Shown: positions 1 to 9,766 of the stretch, in pieces
Position numbering within the stretch: position 1 is the stretch's first letter
Layout: the number at the start of each line of letters is the position of its first letter
Source: a virus
Length of the DNA stretch: 64,000 nucleotides
Reading direction: 5' to 3' (one strand)
Virus record (IMG/VR): IMGVR_UViG_3300008120_000012
Span: 30,592-94,591 of that record
Notes under the pieces: generated by a model
The model's input: only the letters and a program-made list of their open reading frames with translations
Databases searched by the model: none
Told to the model about the DNA's origin: nothing
Made by a program: the position numbers and the translations under genes

Positions 1-414
1 CCATATCTAATAAATGAAGAGTGGTACTGTCTTGGTATAGCATTTACTGAACTTGTTGACTTTTCTGAGTACTCTGGATTTATTTCTTTGAATGGCCCAA
101 TGACATATAATAACGTATCCTTCTCTGTTGCAACAAACCTAGAGTTGGAGCAAAGAGTTACAAACAATTCATGGTCTGCTGTTAGTGCATCTGGAACATG
201 GGATTATTGGGAAAATTCATTTATTTGGGATAACGTATTTATTTTAGATGTGTCAAATGTTTACGATATTGACCCATCGGATATCTATGCTAGATATGTT
301 GGAACAAATAAGATTATTTTTGATGACTCTACAGAAGGTATTTTGGTAGATCCAGAGAAGTTTAAGATATTTGGCGACGTAGGTTGGTCAACTGCTGTCA
401 AAACTCCAGTATAA
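1..414 (+). CDS. 3' end of a large, probably virion-structural protein (partial)
   Basis: Frame open from base 1 (PYLINEEWYCLGIAF...) to the stop at 414; Trp/Asn/Ser-rich, upstream of the portal. Confidence 0.5.
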   Translation, partial: PYLINEEWYCLGIAFTELVDFSEYSGFISLNGPMTYNNVSFSVATNLELEQRVTNNSWSAVSASGTWDYWENSFIWDNVFILDVSNVYDIDPSDIYARYVGTNKIIFDDSTEGILVDPEKFKIFGDVGWSTAVKTPV

Positions 415-426
415 TCTGATATACTT

Positions 427-840
427 ATGGTTATGGATATGGACAAAAACCCTTTAATCAACCCCAAAACTGGTAAGCCTATTGTAGGAAATGTTCGTCG
501 TCAGGTCATTGATAAGCATTATGACTGGGGTCTTTATGTATACAAAAAGGCTGATGGTAGATGGTTTACTGATGGAAATGGTTCTGTTTTGAATATTCCT
601 TCTAATAAAGGTGATGTTAATCAAATTAATAAATTAAAAGAAGCAGCCATGTATTATGGTGATCCTGGTGATGGTAAGGCTGTTTTTGTTCCTGGACTAA
701 ACAGGGTATCAGAAGAAGAGTATTCTGAGCAGGTAGAAAGATTGAGATCTGGTTTAATTCCATCAATGAACGACCTGGGAGCATGGAAAGCAGCACAAGA
801 TACAGTAGACAAATATGGAAAAGGTGTTTTAGATGAGTGA
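427..840 (+). CDS. hypothetical phage protein upstream of portal (likely leaderless start at ATG 433)
   Basis: 137-aa ORF overlapping the portal start; TGATATACT at 417-425. Confidence 0.6.
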   Translation: MVMDMDKNPLINPKTGKPIVGNVRRQVIDKHYDWGLYVYKKADGRWFTDGNGSVLNIPSNKGDVNQINKLKEAAMYYGDPGDGKAVFVPGLNRVSEEEYSEQVERLRSGLIPSMNDLGAWKAAQDTVDKYGKGVLDE

Positions 841-2473
841 AGATTTTGAATATGAGTATGTTAGTGCATCACTAAACACTCAATCGGAAAAAGAAAATAT
901 TTTTAAAAAGAGTGACCCATTTAATCAAGATTGGGAAAGTTTAAAAAATCTTTTAAACATAGAACAAAATTTTAAAAGACGAACTGCTAGAAATGTAAGC
1001 AAGGCAGTTGAAACTTATAGTTCTGCAATTGTTACACAATCTCCAGCACCTACAGAATCTTATTTAGCATCTGCTAGAGCATCTCAAGTAGGAGATGGTG
1101 CTGGCTCAAAAACCATTAATCCAGGAACTGTTTATAGAAACGGTTATGGAATTTTTGATGTAATTACGCCTCCATATAATTTATATGAACTTGCTAACTT
1201 TTATGATACTTCTTTTGCTAACCATGCTGCTATTGATGCTAAGGTAGAAAATGTTGTAGGTCTTGGATATCGTTTTGAAATGAATTCAAAAACCATGATG
1301 AAGTTATCATCAGCAACTGATGAGGCTGCTGTAGAAAGAGCAAGAAAAAGAATTGAAAGACTTAAAATTGAAACAAAAGACTGGCTAGAAAGTTTAAACT
1401 CTGATGAGAGTTTTACTGACATTATGGAAAAGATATATACAGATGTTCAGGCAACTGGAAATGGCTACATGGAAATTGGACGTAAAGTTAATGGAGAAAT
1501 TGGTTACATAGGACATATACCATCAACAACTGTTCGTGTGCGTCGTCTTCGTGATGGATTTGTTCAGATCATAGGACCAAGTTTGGTTTACTTCCGTAAC
1601 TTTGGTGCAAAGAATAAGAATCCATTGACAGCAGATCCTAGACCAAACGAAATTATACATTTCAAGGAATACTCACCACTAAACACTTATTATGGTGTAC
1701 CAGATATTATTGCTGCTCTGCCTTCATTAATTGGAGATCAATTGGCTTCTCAATATAACATTGATTATTTTGAAAACAAAGCAGTTCCAAGATATATAAT
1801 TACTCTAAAAGGTGCAAAACTTTCTCCTGATGCAGAAGATAAGATGTTTAGATTTTTACAGACTGGACTTAAATCTCAGTCACACAGAACTCTTTATATT
1901 CCACTGCCTGGAGACACAGAGTCATCTAAAGTAGAATTTAATATGGAGCCAATTGAAAACGGTATTCAAGAAGGCTCTTTCAAAGAATATCGTAAGCAAA
2001 ACCGTGATGATATTTTGGTAGCACACCAAGTTCCAATATCTAAACTAGGTGGTCAGGATTCTGGAATTGCTTCAGCGCTTGCACAGGATAGAACTTTTAA
2101 AGAGCAAGTTGCAAGGCCAGAGCAACATAAAATAGAAAAAATGTTAGCAAAGGTAATTCAAGAATATACAGACATTATTGAGTTAAAGTTTAATGAACTC
2201 ACTTTGACTGATGAAATAGCACAATCACAAATTCTTGAAAGATATGTCAAAAATCAAATTATGCTTCCAAATGAGGCTCGTGAGATTTTAGATCTGCCAC
2301 AAGTGCCTCATGGAGATGAACCACTAGAATTAACTGCTAGAGCATCAGCAGACTCTAATGCCAATAATGCAAAAAATAGAGCAAGGGATGCAGAAAGAGT
2401 TAATAACTCTTCCGATTCACCAGCAACACTATCTGGTAGAAATCCAAAGGGAGAGGGAAGATCTTCTCAATAG
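833..2473 (+). CDS. portal protein (PBSX/HK97-like)
   Basis: GNGYMEI, EIIHFKEYSPLNTYYGVPD, YFENKAVP, NEAREIL motifs; precedes protease and capsid. Confidence 0.93.
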   Translation: MSEDFEYEYVSASLNTQSEKENIFKKSDPFNQDWESLKNLLNIEQNFKRRTARNVSKAVETYSSAIVTQSPAPTESYLASARASQVGDGAGSKTINPGTVYRNGYGIFDVITPPYNLYELANFYDTSFANHAAIDAKVENVVGLGYRFEMNSKTMMKLSSATDEAAVERARKRIERLKIETKDWLESLNSDESFTDIMEKIYTDVQATGNGYMEIGRKVNGEIGYIGHIPSTTVRVRRLRDGFVQIIGPSLVYFRNFGAKNKNPLTADPRPNEIIHFKEYSPLNTYYGVPDIIAALPSLIGDQLASQYNIDYFENKAVPRYIITLKGAKLSPDAEDKMFRFLQTGLKSQSHRTLYIPLPGDTESSKVEFNMEPIENGIQEGSFKEYRKQNRDDILVAHQVPISKLGGQDSGIASALAQDRTFKEQVARPEQHKIEKMLAKVIQEYTDIIELKFNELTLTDEIAQSQILERYVKNQIMLPNEAREILDLPQVPHGDEPLELTARASADSNANNAKNRARDAERVNNSSDSPATLSGRNPKGEGRSSQ

Positions 2474-2513
2474 TTGAGATGTTCAATAAAATGTTTGATA
2501 TAATAGGATTGCT

Positions 2514-3836
2514 ATGAATATACAAAAAGCACACTGGACGACCTCACAGGAAAACGTACGTATATCAATGCCTTTTAGCAAGGTTGATACTGAGCGTCGC
2601 ATAGTCTCTGGTTTTGCAACATTAGATAATGTTGATAAACAAAACGACATTGTTACTACAGAAGCAAGCGTTGCTGCATTTAAAAACTTTAGAGGTAATA
2701 TTCGTGAAATGCATCAGCCAACTGCAGTAGGAAAGATGGTATCTTTTAAAGAAGACCGTTACTTTGATCCTAGCAGCAAAAAGTTTTATTCTGGAGTTTT
2801 TGTTTCAGCATATATTTCAAAGGGTGCACAAGATGCATGGGAAAAAGTCCTTGATGGAACATATACTGGTTTTTCAATTGGTGGTAACATCAAGTCTTGG
2901 GACGATGCGTTTAATGAAGAGTTAAACAAGAGCATAAGAATTATTAAAGATTATGATTTATTTGAGTTGTCTTTAGTAGACAGCCCAGCAAATCAATTTG
3001 CAAGTATTGTTTCAATTGAAAAAGCCGATGGCCAAACTGTATTAAAAGGTTCTGCTACAGAAGTAGAATTAGAAAACGTTTTTTGGGATTCAGAATCTGG
3101 AATTGTTGTAGTTTCTGAACAAGAGTCAGCAGTAAGTCCAGCAACAGGAAAAGAAATGAAGAATATCGGCTTCGTTGAAAAAAGCGATAAAGAAAATACC
3201 GATATGTTAAAGTTCTTAGTTGATAGTGCTAAAGGCATTAAGACAATTAAGATGACAAAGGAGGTAATTCCAATGACAGAAGATACTAACGTAGAGGCAG
3301 TAGTAGAAGATACTCCTGTAGTTACTGAAGAATCAAACGTTGAGATTGCTCCAGAGGCTCCAGCAGATGCTCCAGCAGATGCTTCTGCAGAAGAAGCGGT
3401 TGTTGAAGAGTCTGAATCATCTGCAGAGGTTGTAGAAACAACTGAAGCAGAAAAGAGCATTGATACTGTAAATCCAGAAGAGGCTATCGTCAAAGCCGTT
3501 GCAGATATCAAAGACTCTCTTAATAATGCCTTTGGCGATCTAACAGCAACAATCAAATCAATTAATGATCAAGTTGCTGAACTAACAAAATCAATAGCAG
3601 GTGTAACTCAAGATGTAACATCTGTTAATTCAAAAGTTGTTTCTGTTGCAGATGAGGTTGCAACAATTAAGAATGACTTTAATGAGTTTGGAAAGCGAGT
3701 AGATAAGGTAGAATCCGATACTGCTTTCCGCAAGTCTGGCGATCTTGGCGAGATCGTGCAGGAATTGGCAGAACAGCCAGTTCAAAAATCCCTATGGGGC
3801 GGTCGTTTCCTCAAATCAACCGACCTATTTAATTAA
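2514..3836 (+). CDS. HK97-family prohead protease fused to acidic/coiled-coil scaffold
   Basis: RIVSGFA, IREMH, GFSIGG, ELSLVDSPAN protease motifs; acidic and coiled-coil C-half. Confidence 0.9.
   Translation: MNIQKAHWTTSQENVRISMPFSKVDTERRIVSGFATLDNVDKQNDIVTTEASVAAFKNFRGNIREMHQPTAVGKMVSFKEDRYFDPSSKKFYSGVFVSAYISKGAQDAWEKVLDGTYTGFSIGGNIKSWDDAFNEELNKSIRIIKDYDLFELSLVDSPANQFASIVSIEKADGQTVLKGSATEVELENVFWDSESGIVVVSEQESAVSPATGKEMKNIGFVEKSDKENTDMLKFLVDSAKGIKTIKMTKEVIPMTEDTNVEAVVEDTPVVTEESNVEIAPEAPADAPADASAEEAVVEESESSAEVVETTEAEKSIDTVNPEEAIVKAVADIKDSLNNAFGDLTATIKSINDQVAELTKSIAGVTQDVTSVNSKVVSVADEVATIKNDFNEFGKRVDKVESDTAFRKSGDLGEIVQELAEQPVQKSLWGGRFLKSTDLFN
3273..3836 (+). CDS. putative nested in-frame scaffolding protein
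   Basis: AAGGAGGT RBS 7 nt before in-frame ATG 3273 inside the protease gene. Confidence 0.6.
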   Translation: MTEDTNVEAVVEDTPVVTEESNVEIAPEAPADAPADASAEEAVVEESESSAEVVETTEAEKSIDTVNPEEAIVKAVADIKDSLNNAFGDLTATIKSINDQVAELTKSIAGVTQDVTSVNSKVVSVADEVATIKNDFNEFGKRVDKVESDTAFRKSGDLGEIVQELAEQPVQKSLWGGRFLKSTDLFN

Positions 3837-3861
3837 TAAAATCACTTAGGAGGTGAAATAT

Positions 3862-4989
3862 ATGTCGGAACAGAACAACACAGAGATTGTAAAGAACTAT
3901 CCAGGTTCAACTTCACCAGCAGGTCAATTGAACTCTGAAGGATCATTCGCTTCAGGCGGAATCGGTTCAGTTACAACTCCAGCAGGCGGTATCCTTGGAA
4001 ACACACCAACAGCAAACATGGGTGTTACCACAGGACCAAACGCAGTAAACCCAACTGGTACACTAGGAGGTATCCTATTGCCAGAGCAGGCTCGTCGTTT
4101 CATTGACTACGTGTGGGATGCAACAGTTCTCGCCCAGGATGGTCGTAAGGTTACTATGAGAGCCAATACGATTGAACTTGAGAAGGTCAACGTTGGTGAG
4201 CGTGTTATTCGTGCAGCAGCGCAAGGTTCAAATAACTACACAAACGCTGGTGCTACATTCACTAAGGTAGAACTAACAACCAAGAAGATTCGTCTTGATT
4301 GGGAAGTATCTACTGAAGCACTTGAAGACAATATTGAAGGAGGTGCTCTAGAAGATCACATCGTACGCTTGATGACCAATGCATTTGCTAATGACATTGA
4401 AGATCTAGCGATTAACGGTGATGGTACAACTGGAGATTTCCTTTCAATTATGAATGGTTTCGTAAACCGTGTAAAGACTGCTGGTTCAGGAGCACACGAG
4501 TCAATCGTGACTGTTACAAGCAACCAGTGGACAACTGATGTAATGCAGAACATTATCTTGGCAATGCCACGTAAGTATCGTGCACTTAAGAGCAATCTTA
4601 AGTTCTATGCAGGTACTGACGCATTCCAGGGAATTATCAAGCATAACGGTACACTTGCTGATGCAGTAGCAGAAGCATTTGCTTATCGTCCATCAGGCAC
4701 ACCAGCAAACCGTCAAGCATATCTTGATGGTTCAGGACAAACTTTCGGTGGAGCACGTACAACACGTGTTCTCGGAATTGATGTTCAGGAAGTTCCTTAC
4801 TATCCTGCAGGCTATGTAGATCTTACATTCCCTCAGAACCGTGTATGGGGTTTCCAGCGTGACATCACTGTAAACCGTGAGTACAAGCCAAAGAAGGACA
4901 CAATTGAATACACAGTATTCGTCCGATTCGGCGTACAATGGGAAGAACTTGATGCAGTTGCTTACGCAGATGCAGCAGCAGAATCCTAA
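3862..4989 (+). CDS. major capsid protein (HK97 fold)
   Basis: GGILLPEQARRFI, EVSTEALEDNIEG, DLAINGDG motifs; AGGAGGTG RBS before ATG 3862. Confidence 0.93.
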   Translation: MSEQNNTEIVKNYPGSTSPAGQLNSEGSFASGGIGSVTTPAGGILGNTPTANMGVTTGPNAVNPTGTLGGILLPEQARRFIDYVWDATVLAQDGRKVTMRANTIELEKVNVGERVIRAAAQGSNNYTNAGATFTKVELTTKKIRLDWEVSTEALEDNIEGGALEDHIVRLMTNAFANDIEDLAINGDGTTGDFLSIMNGFVNRVKTAGSGAHESIVTVTSNQWTTDVMQNIILAMPRKYRALKSNLKFYAGTDAFQGIIKHNGTLADAVAEAFAYRPSGTPANRQAYLDGSGQTFGGARTTRVLGIDVQEVPYYPAGYVDLTFPQNRVWGFQRDITVNREYKPKKDTIEYTVFVRFGVQWEELDAVAYADAAAES

Positions 4990-5011
4990 AAAATAGTTCT
5001 TAAATGAACCC

Positions 5012-5054
5012 TTGAGGGGGAGGTAGTGTAACAACTGCCTCCCCTTTCAACTTT
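5012..5054 (+). terminator. hairpin / probable intrinsic terminator after capsid gene
   Basis: ttgagggggaggtagt-gtaaca-actgcctcccctttcaa inverted repeat. Confidence 0.65.
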
Positions 5055-5067
5055 ATAAGGAGAATAA

Positions 5068-5313
5068 ATGTCATATTCAGATACAAACCCAAATGAAACA
5101 CTAAATGCACAAGGCGCAGTAGCAATAAATAGTGTTGGCGGTGTAATTATTATGGGACCAAGCGGATTGATCACTCAGCATAATGCGTTGGGTAATATTA
5201 ATGGAGATGTAATATTTGGAGATACAACAGGTCCTAACGCTGTAAATCCATCTGGTACTCCATCTGGTGGAAAAAATCCACAACAAAATAATTTTATAAG
5301 TTATATAAGATAA
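5068..5313 (+). CDS. 81-aa paralog of the major capsid N-terminal arm
   Basis: TTGPNAVNPSGT vs MCP TTGPNAVNPTGT; own AAGGAG RBS. Confidence 0.75.
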   Translation: MSYSDTNPNETLNAQGAVAINSVGGVIIMGPSGLITQHNALGNINGDVIFGDTTGPNAVNPSGTPSGGKNPQQNNFISYIR

Positions 5314-5347
5314 GCATTCTGGTATAATAAACGCAGGAGGATTTTTA

Positions 5348-5566
5348 ATGTCAAAGTCAAAAGTAGAAAAAACAACTAATAGCCCAGCAGCAGATGACAA
5401 GGTAGCACTTTATTCTCAAAAGAATTTATTTTGGAATGAAGTAGGAACTCTTAAAATTGGCTACAATATTGTCAATTCAGAAAATGCTGAAAAGTGGTTA
5501 AGGCATAAGGCTGTTAGAATTGCAACTCCAGACGAGGTGGCGAAGGCGTATAGCCAAAACAAATGA
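5348..5566 (+). CDS. small head-associated hypothetical protein
   Basis: ORF with AGGAGG RBS and TGGTATAAT promoter (5320-5328). Confidence 0.65.
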   Translation: MSKSKVEKTTNSPAADDKVALYSQKNLFWNEVGTLKIGYNIVNSENAEKWLRHKAVRIATPDEVAKAYSQNK

Positions 5567-6522
5567 TAGTTAGAAGAGTGCCCCCATACCCAATTGATAT
5601 TACCTATACGGTCCCTGAGCCAAATACTGAATATTATTTTACAATTGAAAACTCTCCAAAAACCATTGAGGCAAATGAAACATTAACATCAGATGCCAAC
5701 TCTAAAATAACATATACATTAACTGGAGACTTTGTTAAGTATGATCAAGACTATGCAGTTTTAGTTTATGATAGCCCAGAGGACGATACTGGAGATGTCG
5801 TAGTACAGGATATATTAAATGTAATTAGACCGTATGTTGATGTTAGAGATCTTGTCTCTACCGCTTCAGAAATTGCAGAGTATGAGGAGTATGAACTTCT
5901 TGCTAGAACATTAATTAATAGCATTGTCGGACCAAAAGGATTTTTATTTGAAAAGAGTATATTAGAGGTTACTGGACAAGGAACTGACTATTTACCACTA
6001 TGGGATCTAGCCTATAAGATTTTACAAGTATATGAAAACTCAGAATTAGTATATGATTCAACTCAAGACCCACCATACCTTGGTGAGTATACATATGGAA
6101 TAACACAGGATAGAACTGCAATATATAAAGATGCTGGTGGAATATATGATCGTTCAGAAAAAAAGCCATTAAGGTTTAGACCAAGTGCTTCAGATTCTTT
6201 TAATGCCTATACATCTTTAGATACACCAGAGTTTAGTGCACCAAATAATACAGTTATGTTTCCAGAAGGATGGGACTATGTAATTATTTATGAAACAGGT
6301 CATCGTGTTATACCAAATGACATTCGTGACGCTACTATCAGATTAATGGATGACATTCGTTGTGGGAAATTAGAATATTTTAAGAGATCCATTGATTCAT
6401 ATCAAACAGATCAATTTAATATAAAGTGGGATCCAAGACATCTTGATGGAACTGGAAACCTTTTTGTTGACAAGGCATTAGAAAAATATACAACAACATT
6501 ACCTAAGCCATGGGTGATTTAA
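5563..6522 (+). CDS. head-to-tail adaptor/connector
   Basis: Position; IPNDIRDATIRL and TGNLFVDKALEKY adaptor-like motifs. Confidence 0.7.
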   Translation: MIVRRVPPYPIDITYTVPEPNTEYYFTIENSPKTIEANETLTSDANSKITYTLTGDFVKYDQDYAVLVYDSPEDDTGDVVVQDILNVIRPYVDVRDLVSTASEIAEYEEYELLARTLINSIVGPKGFLFEKSILEVTGQGTDYLPLWDLAYKILQVYENSELVYDSTQDPPYLGEYTYGITQDRTAIYKDAGGIYDRSEKKPLRFRPSASDSFNAYTSLDTPEFSAPNNTVMFPEGWDYVIIYETGHRVIPNDIRDATIRLMDDIRCGKLEYFKRSIDSYQTDQFNIKWDPRHLDGTGNLFVDKALEKYTTTLPKPWVI

Positions 6523-6987
6523 ATGAGCGCATACCTATCATCTGGTAACTGCAATGAAACTGATCTATATTTTCCAATGACAGCAGATTTATATTATCCA
6601 ATAATTTCTCAAGGTTCTTATGGTGAAGTAAAAAAAGACTGGGTTTTTGATAGAAAGATTGCTCTTAATGCTATGCCTTTTTCAAGAAAAGGTACTGGAG
6701 AAATAGCCCCCGCAGTATTTTTACAATATAAAGATATGTTAGTTGGCAGAACAAAAGGTGACATAAGAGTAACATCAAACAACAACACAGAGGCATTGAC
6801 AAATATTTTAATTACAAATATTTCAAGTGCTTCTGGTGAATTAATATATAAAGAAAGTGCTGGCCCTAGATCTGGTCGTGGAACTATATATGAAATTGCA
6901 TCTTATGATCCTCATTTTGCTCCTTATGGCGATATAGACTATTATTCTTTTACTATACGTAGATCTGAGAACCAGGCGGCTCAATAA
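6523..6987 (+). CDS. head closure/stopper protein (putative)
   Basis: Synteny and size. Confidence 0.55.
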   Translation: MSAYLSSGNCNETDLYFPMTADLYYPIISQGSYGEVKKDWVFDRKIALNAMPFSRKGTGEIAPAVFLQYKDMLVGRTKGDIRVTSNNNTEALTNILITNISSASGELIYKESAGPRSGRGTIYEIASYDPHFAPYGDIDYYSFTIRRSENQAAQ

Positions 6988-7664
6988 TGAGAGTAACGCT
7001 TGACTATAATAAGTTTAATGCTATGATGAATAATGTTATAGGATACTCTACTGGATTTTTAGATGGTATTAATCAAGGCAAGACAATTTTTTTAAAAAAC
7101 TTAGCAGATGGAACAATAGAGACATTACGAAGATATATTGATGCTAACGCTAGAATGAATCCAGATGCCTTGCATCACGTATATGAATGGTATCGTGTAG
7201 GAAATGCAGATGCAAGACTTTTTAATATTAACTCTGTAGTACGTGGAACTGGCATATCTATTAATTCAACATTTAGGCAGTCTTCATCAATTTCTAGAGA
7301 TTCAAAAGAACCTTTTTATAACAAGGCAAGAATTATGGAGAAAGGTATTCCAATTACTATTAAGCCAAAAGAAAGTAGCGTTTTGGTTTTTGAAGAAAGT
7401 GGAGAAACAGTATTTACTAAAAATGAAATTGTAATTAATAATCCTGGAGGAAATAAAGTTAGAGGATCCTTTGAAAAAGTTATTGATCAATTTTTTACAA
7501 TTTATTTTTCACAAGCATTTTTAAAGTCTTGCGGTATTATGGACTATTTAGAAAACCCTAGGGCATATAAAGATAACTTCGCAGTTGGAGCAAAGACTGG
7601 AAGCAGTGCTGGCAAATCAACTGGGTATAAATGGATTATTAATGCAAAAGTTGAGGTAGAATAA
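6987..7664 (+). CDS. neck/tail-completion protein (putative)
   Basis: Synteny; KARIMEKG motif resembling HK97 gp10-like proteins. Confidence 0.5.
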   Translation: MRVTLDYNKFNAMMNNVIGYSTGFLDGINQGKTIFLKNLADGTIETLRRYIDANARMNPDALHHVYEWYRVGNADARLFNINSVVRGTGISINSTFRQSSSISRDSKEPFYNKARIMEKGIPITIKPKESSVLVFEESGETVFTKNEIVINNPGGNKVRGSFEKVIDQFFTIYFSQAFLKSCGIMDYLENPRAYKDNFAVGAKTGSSAGKSTGYKWIINAKVEVE

Positions 7665-7668
7665 GAAC

Positions 7669-8208
7669 ATGGCTACAGTAACAGATCTTCCATATCCACC
7701 AAAGTGGGTGAATAAGTTTATTTTTCAAGAGTTAGCAAAATATGATGATATTGGAGTTAGTGCTATATCTCAACTAGTTCCTATATTTGCAACTAGCCCA
7801 ATTAATACAGAAGAAATATATAAAAATGTTATACAGGCAACTAATATCTCTGAGCCATTAGTAATCATATATGACAGACTTATCACATTTAGACCCAGTG
7901 TATTTTATCCCCATAAACGAGAGCAATTAATATATTATTTATATAGTACTAGTTTGGCCAACGTCAATAATGCTAATATTGTTATTTCTCAATTATTAGA
8001 CAGAGAAGATGCATCTGCTCAGGACATGAATACTTGGTGCACCCTTAATAAAGGCTCTGAAAATTATAATGTATATTTTCATAATACTAAAGTTTATCAG
8101 GCTCAAGAGGCAAGGGATGTCCTTGACCTTGCTTCTGCTAGAACCATATTCGTAAATAAACTCATAATAGAGTACGACTACCACACAAATTCCACCTCAT
8201 ATTTGTAA
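7669..8208 (+). CDS. tail terminator (putative)
   Basis: Immediately upstream of the tail tube gene. Confidence 0.5.
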   Translation: MATVTDLPYPPKWVNKFIFQELAKYDDIGVSAISQLVPIFATSPINTEEIYKNVIQATNISEPLVIIYDRLITFRPSVFYPHKREQLIYYLYSTSLANVNNANIVISQLLDREDASAQDMNTWCTLNKGSENYNVYFHNTKVYQAQEARDVLDLASARTIFVNKLIIEYDYHTNSTSYL

Positions 8209-8288
8209 TAAAAAGGCTGTTATAATTGTCTTGAGGAAACACAAACGCCGTACAACTTAATAAAAAACTAAAAAGAAGAGGTGATATT

Positions 8289-8936
8289 ATGCCATATACT
8301 CGTGGTAATAATCAAAATATTATCGTCGGTGCAGCAGCGTTCTTTATTGCTGACACAACACTGACTCCAGGCACACTTCCATCGTTGTCAGCAGGTTCTG
8401 CAGCAACACAGTCTTTCCGTGAGACTTTGACAGCAAATGCATCGTATGACAACGTAGGTTACACAATGAATGGTCTTGAGTTACAGTTCCAACCAAATTT
8501 TGGTGAGGTTCAGGTAGATCAGGTTCTTGACGTTGCTAAACTTTACAAGCAAGGTATGACAGTTAGCCTAAGAACTGCTTTTGCAGAGGCTACTCTAGAA
8601 AATCTTTTGATTGCTTTGGCTTATGGAAGTTCTAAACTAACAGGTACCAAGAACAGCGCAGCAGGTCAAGCACTTGATCTTTCTGCAGGAGATCTTGGAG
8701 AATGTCCAGTTGAGCGTGGAATCATTGCAGTAGGTCCAGGAACTGGAGATTGCGATGACTCAAATCGTATTGAGCGTGTTTACGCTGCATACCGTGCACT
8801 TTCAATTGAAAATGTAACTGTATCAGCAAAACGTGATGCCCCATCTATGTTTGAGGTATCATTCCGCTTGCTACCTGAAGATACTTCAGGTTCATATGGA
8901 AAGATAATTGACCGTACTTGGACAATTACTTCCTGA
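8289..8936 (+). CDS. major tail (tube) protein
   Basis: NIIVGAA, VGYTMNGLEL, VQVDQ motifs; own promoter, GAGGTG RBS and terminator. Confidence 0.85.
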   Translation: MPYTRGNNQNIIVGAAAFFIADTTLTPGTLPSLSAGSAATQSFRETLTANASYDNVGYTMNGLELQFQPNFGEVQVDQVLDVAKLYKQGMTVSLRTAFAEATLENLLIALAYGSSKLTGTKNSAAGQALDLSAGDLGECPVERGIIAVGPGTGDCDDSNRIERVYAAYRALSIENVTVSAKRDAPSMFEVSFRLLPEDTSGSYGKIIDRTWTITS

Positions 8937-8954
8937 TAATTTAATACAATAAGA

Positions 8955-8993
8955 AACAACAGGCCCGTCTTTTTAGACGGGTCTTGTTGCTTT
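8955..8993 (+). terminator. intrinsic terminator after tail tube gene
   Basis: caacaggcccgtct-tttt-agacgggtcttgttg hairpin. Confidence 0.75.
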
Positions 8994-9010
8994 ATGATAG
9001 AATATAAAAT

Positions 9011-9715
9011 ATGGCAACTGAAATTTATAAAATAGAAAATGTACAAACTATTGATGGTTTGAATATTGAAATACATCCATTAAAAATAAAATATATGAGA
9101 CAGTTTATGGATCGTTTTTATGACATAGGAGACAACATGTCAGAAGAACAAATGATAGATATTTTATGTGACTGTGTAAGAATTTCAATGAAACAGTATG
9201 CTCCTCAATTTTCTAAAAGCATAGAAGATGTTCAAGATAATTTTGATATAAAAACTGTATATGATATTTTAGATTTTGCTGCAGGTATAAAAATAAATAG
9301 AGAAAAGAAAAAAGAAGAGGTTCAAAGTAACTCTAACTCAGAGAGTTTGTCATGGAAAGATCTTGATTTGGTTAAATTAGAAACAGAAATTTTTCTATTA
9401 GGTATATGGAAAAGTTACGATGAACTAGAAACATCTATTTCAATACAAGAACTATTTGCCACAATCTCCTCCAGCAGAGAATTAGACTATGAAGAAAAAA
9501 GATTTTTGGCTGCAATTCAAGGAGTTAAATTAGACGGGGACCCACAGGATGAAGGCAGAAAGAAGTGGGAAGACATGAAGGCAAGAGTCTTTAGTGGTGG
9601 CGCAACAAATGACAGCAAAGATATTTTGGCTTTACAAGGATACAATGCTCAAAAACTAGGTTTTGGTATTGGGATGGGCATAGATTACGAAGACCTAAGA
9701 ACTCCTTCTAGTTAA
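9011..9715 (+). CDS. tail assembly chaperone, long (GT-like) form
   Basis: Between tail tube and TMP; N-terminal ~95 aa paralogous to 9767..10081. Confidence 0.7.
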   Translation: MATEIYKIENVQTIDGLNIEIHPLKIKYMRQFMDRFYDIGDNMSEEQMIDILCDCVRISMKQYAPQFSKSIEDVQDNFDIKTVYDILDFAAGIKINREKKKEEVQSNSNSESLSWKDLDLVKLETEIFLLGIWKSYDELETSISIQELFATISSSRELDYEEKRFLAAIQGVKLDGDPQDEGRKKWEDMKARVFSGGATNDSKDILALQGYNAQKLGFGIGMGIDYEDLRTPSS

Positions 9716-9766
9716 TAAAAATATCTTATTATGCTATAATTGACTTAACCTAATTAGGAGGAAATA

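Noticed and set aside
9285-9320. A-rich run as a frameshift site in the tail chaperone
   Set aside because: The ORF continues in frame through it (KINREKKKEE), so no shift is needed
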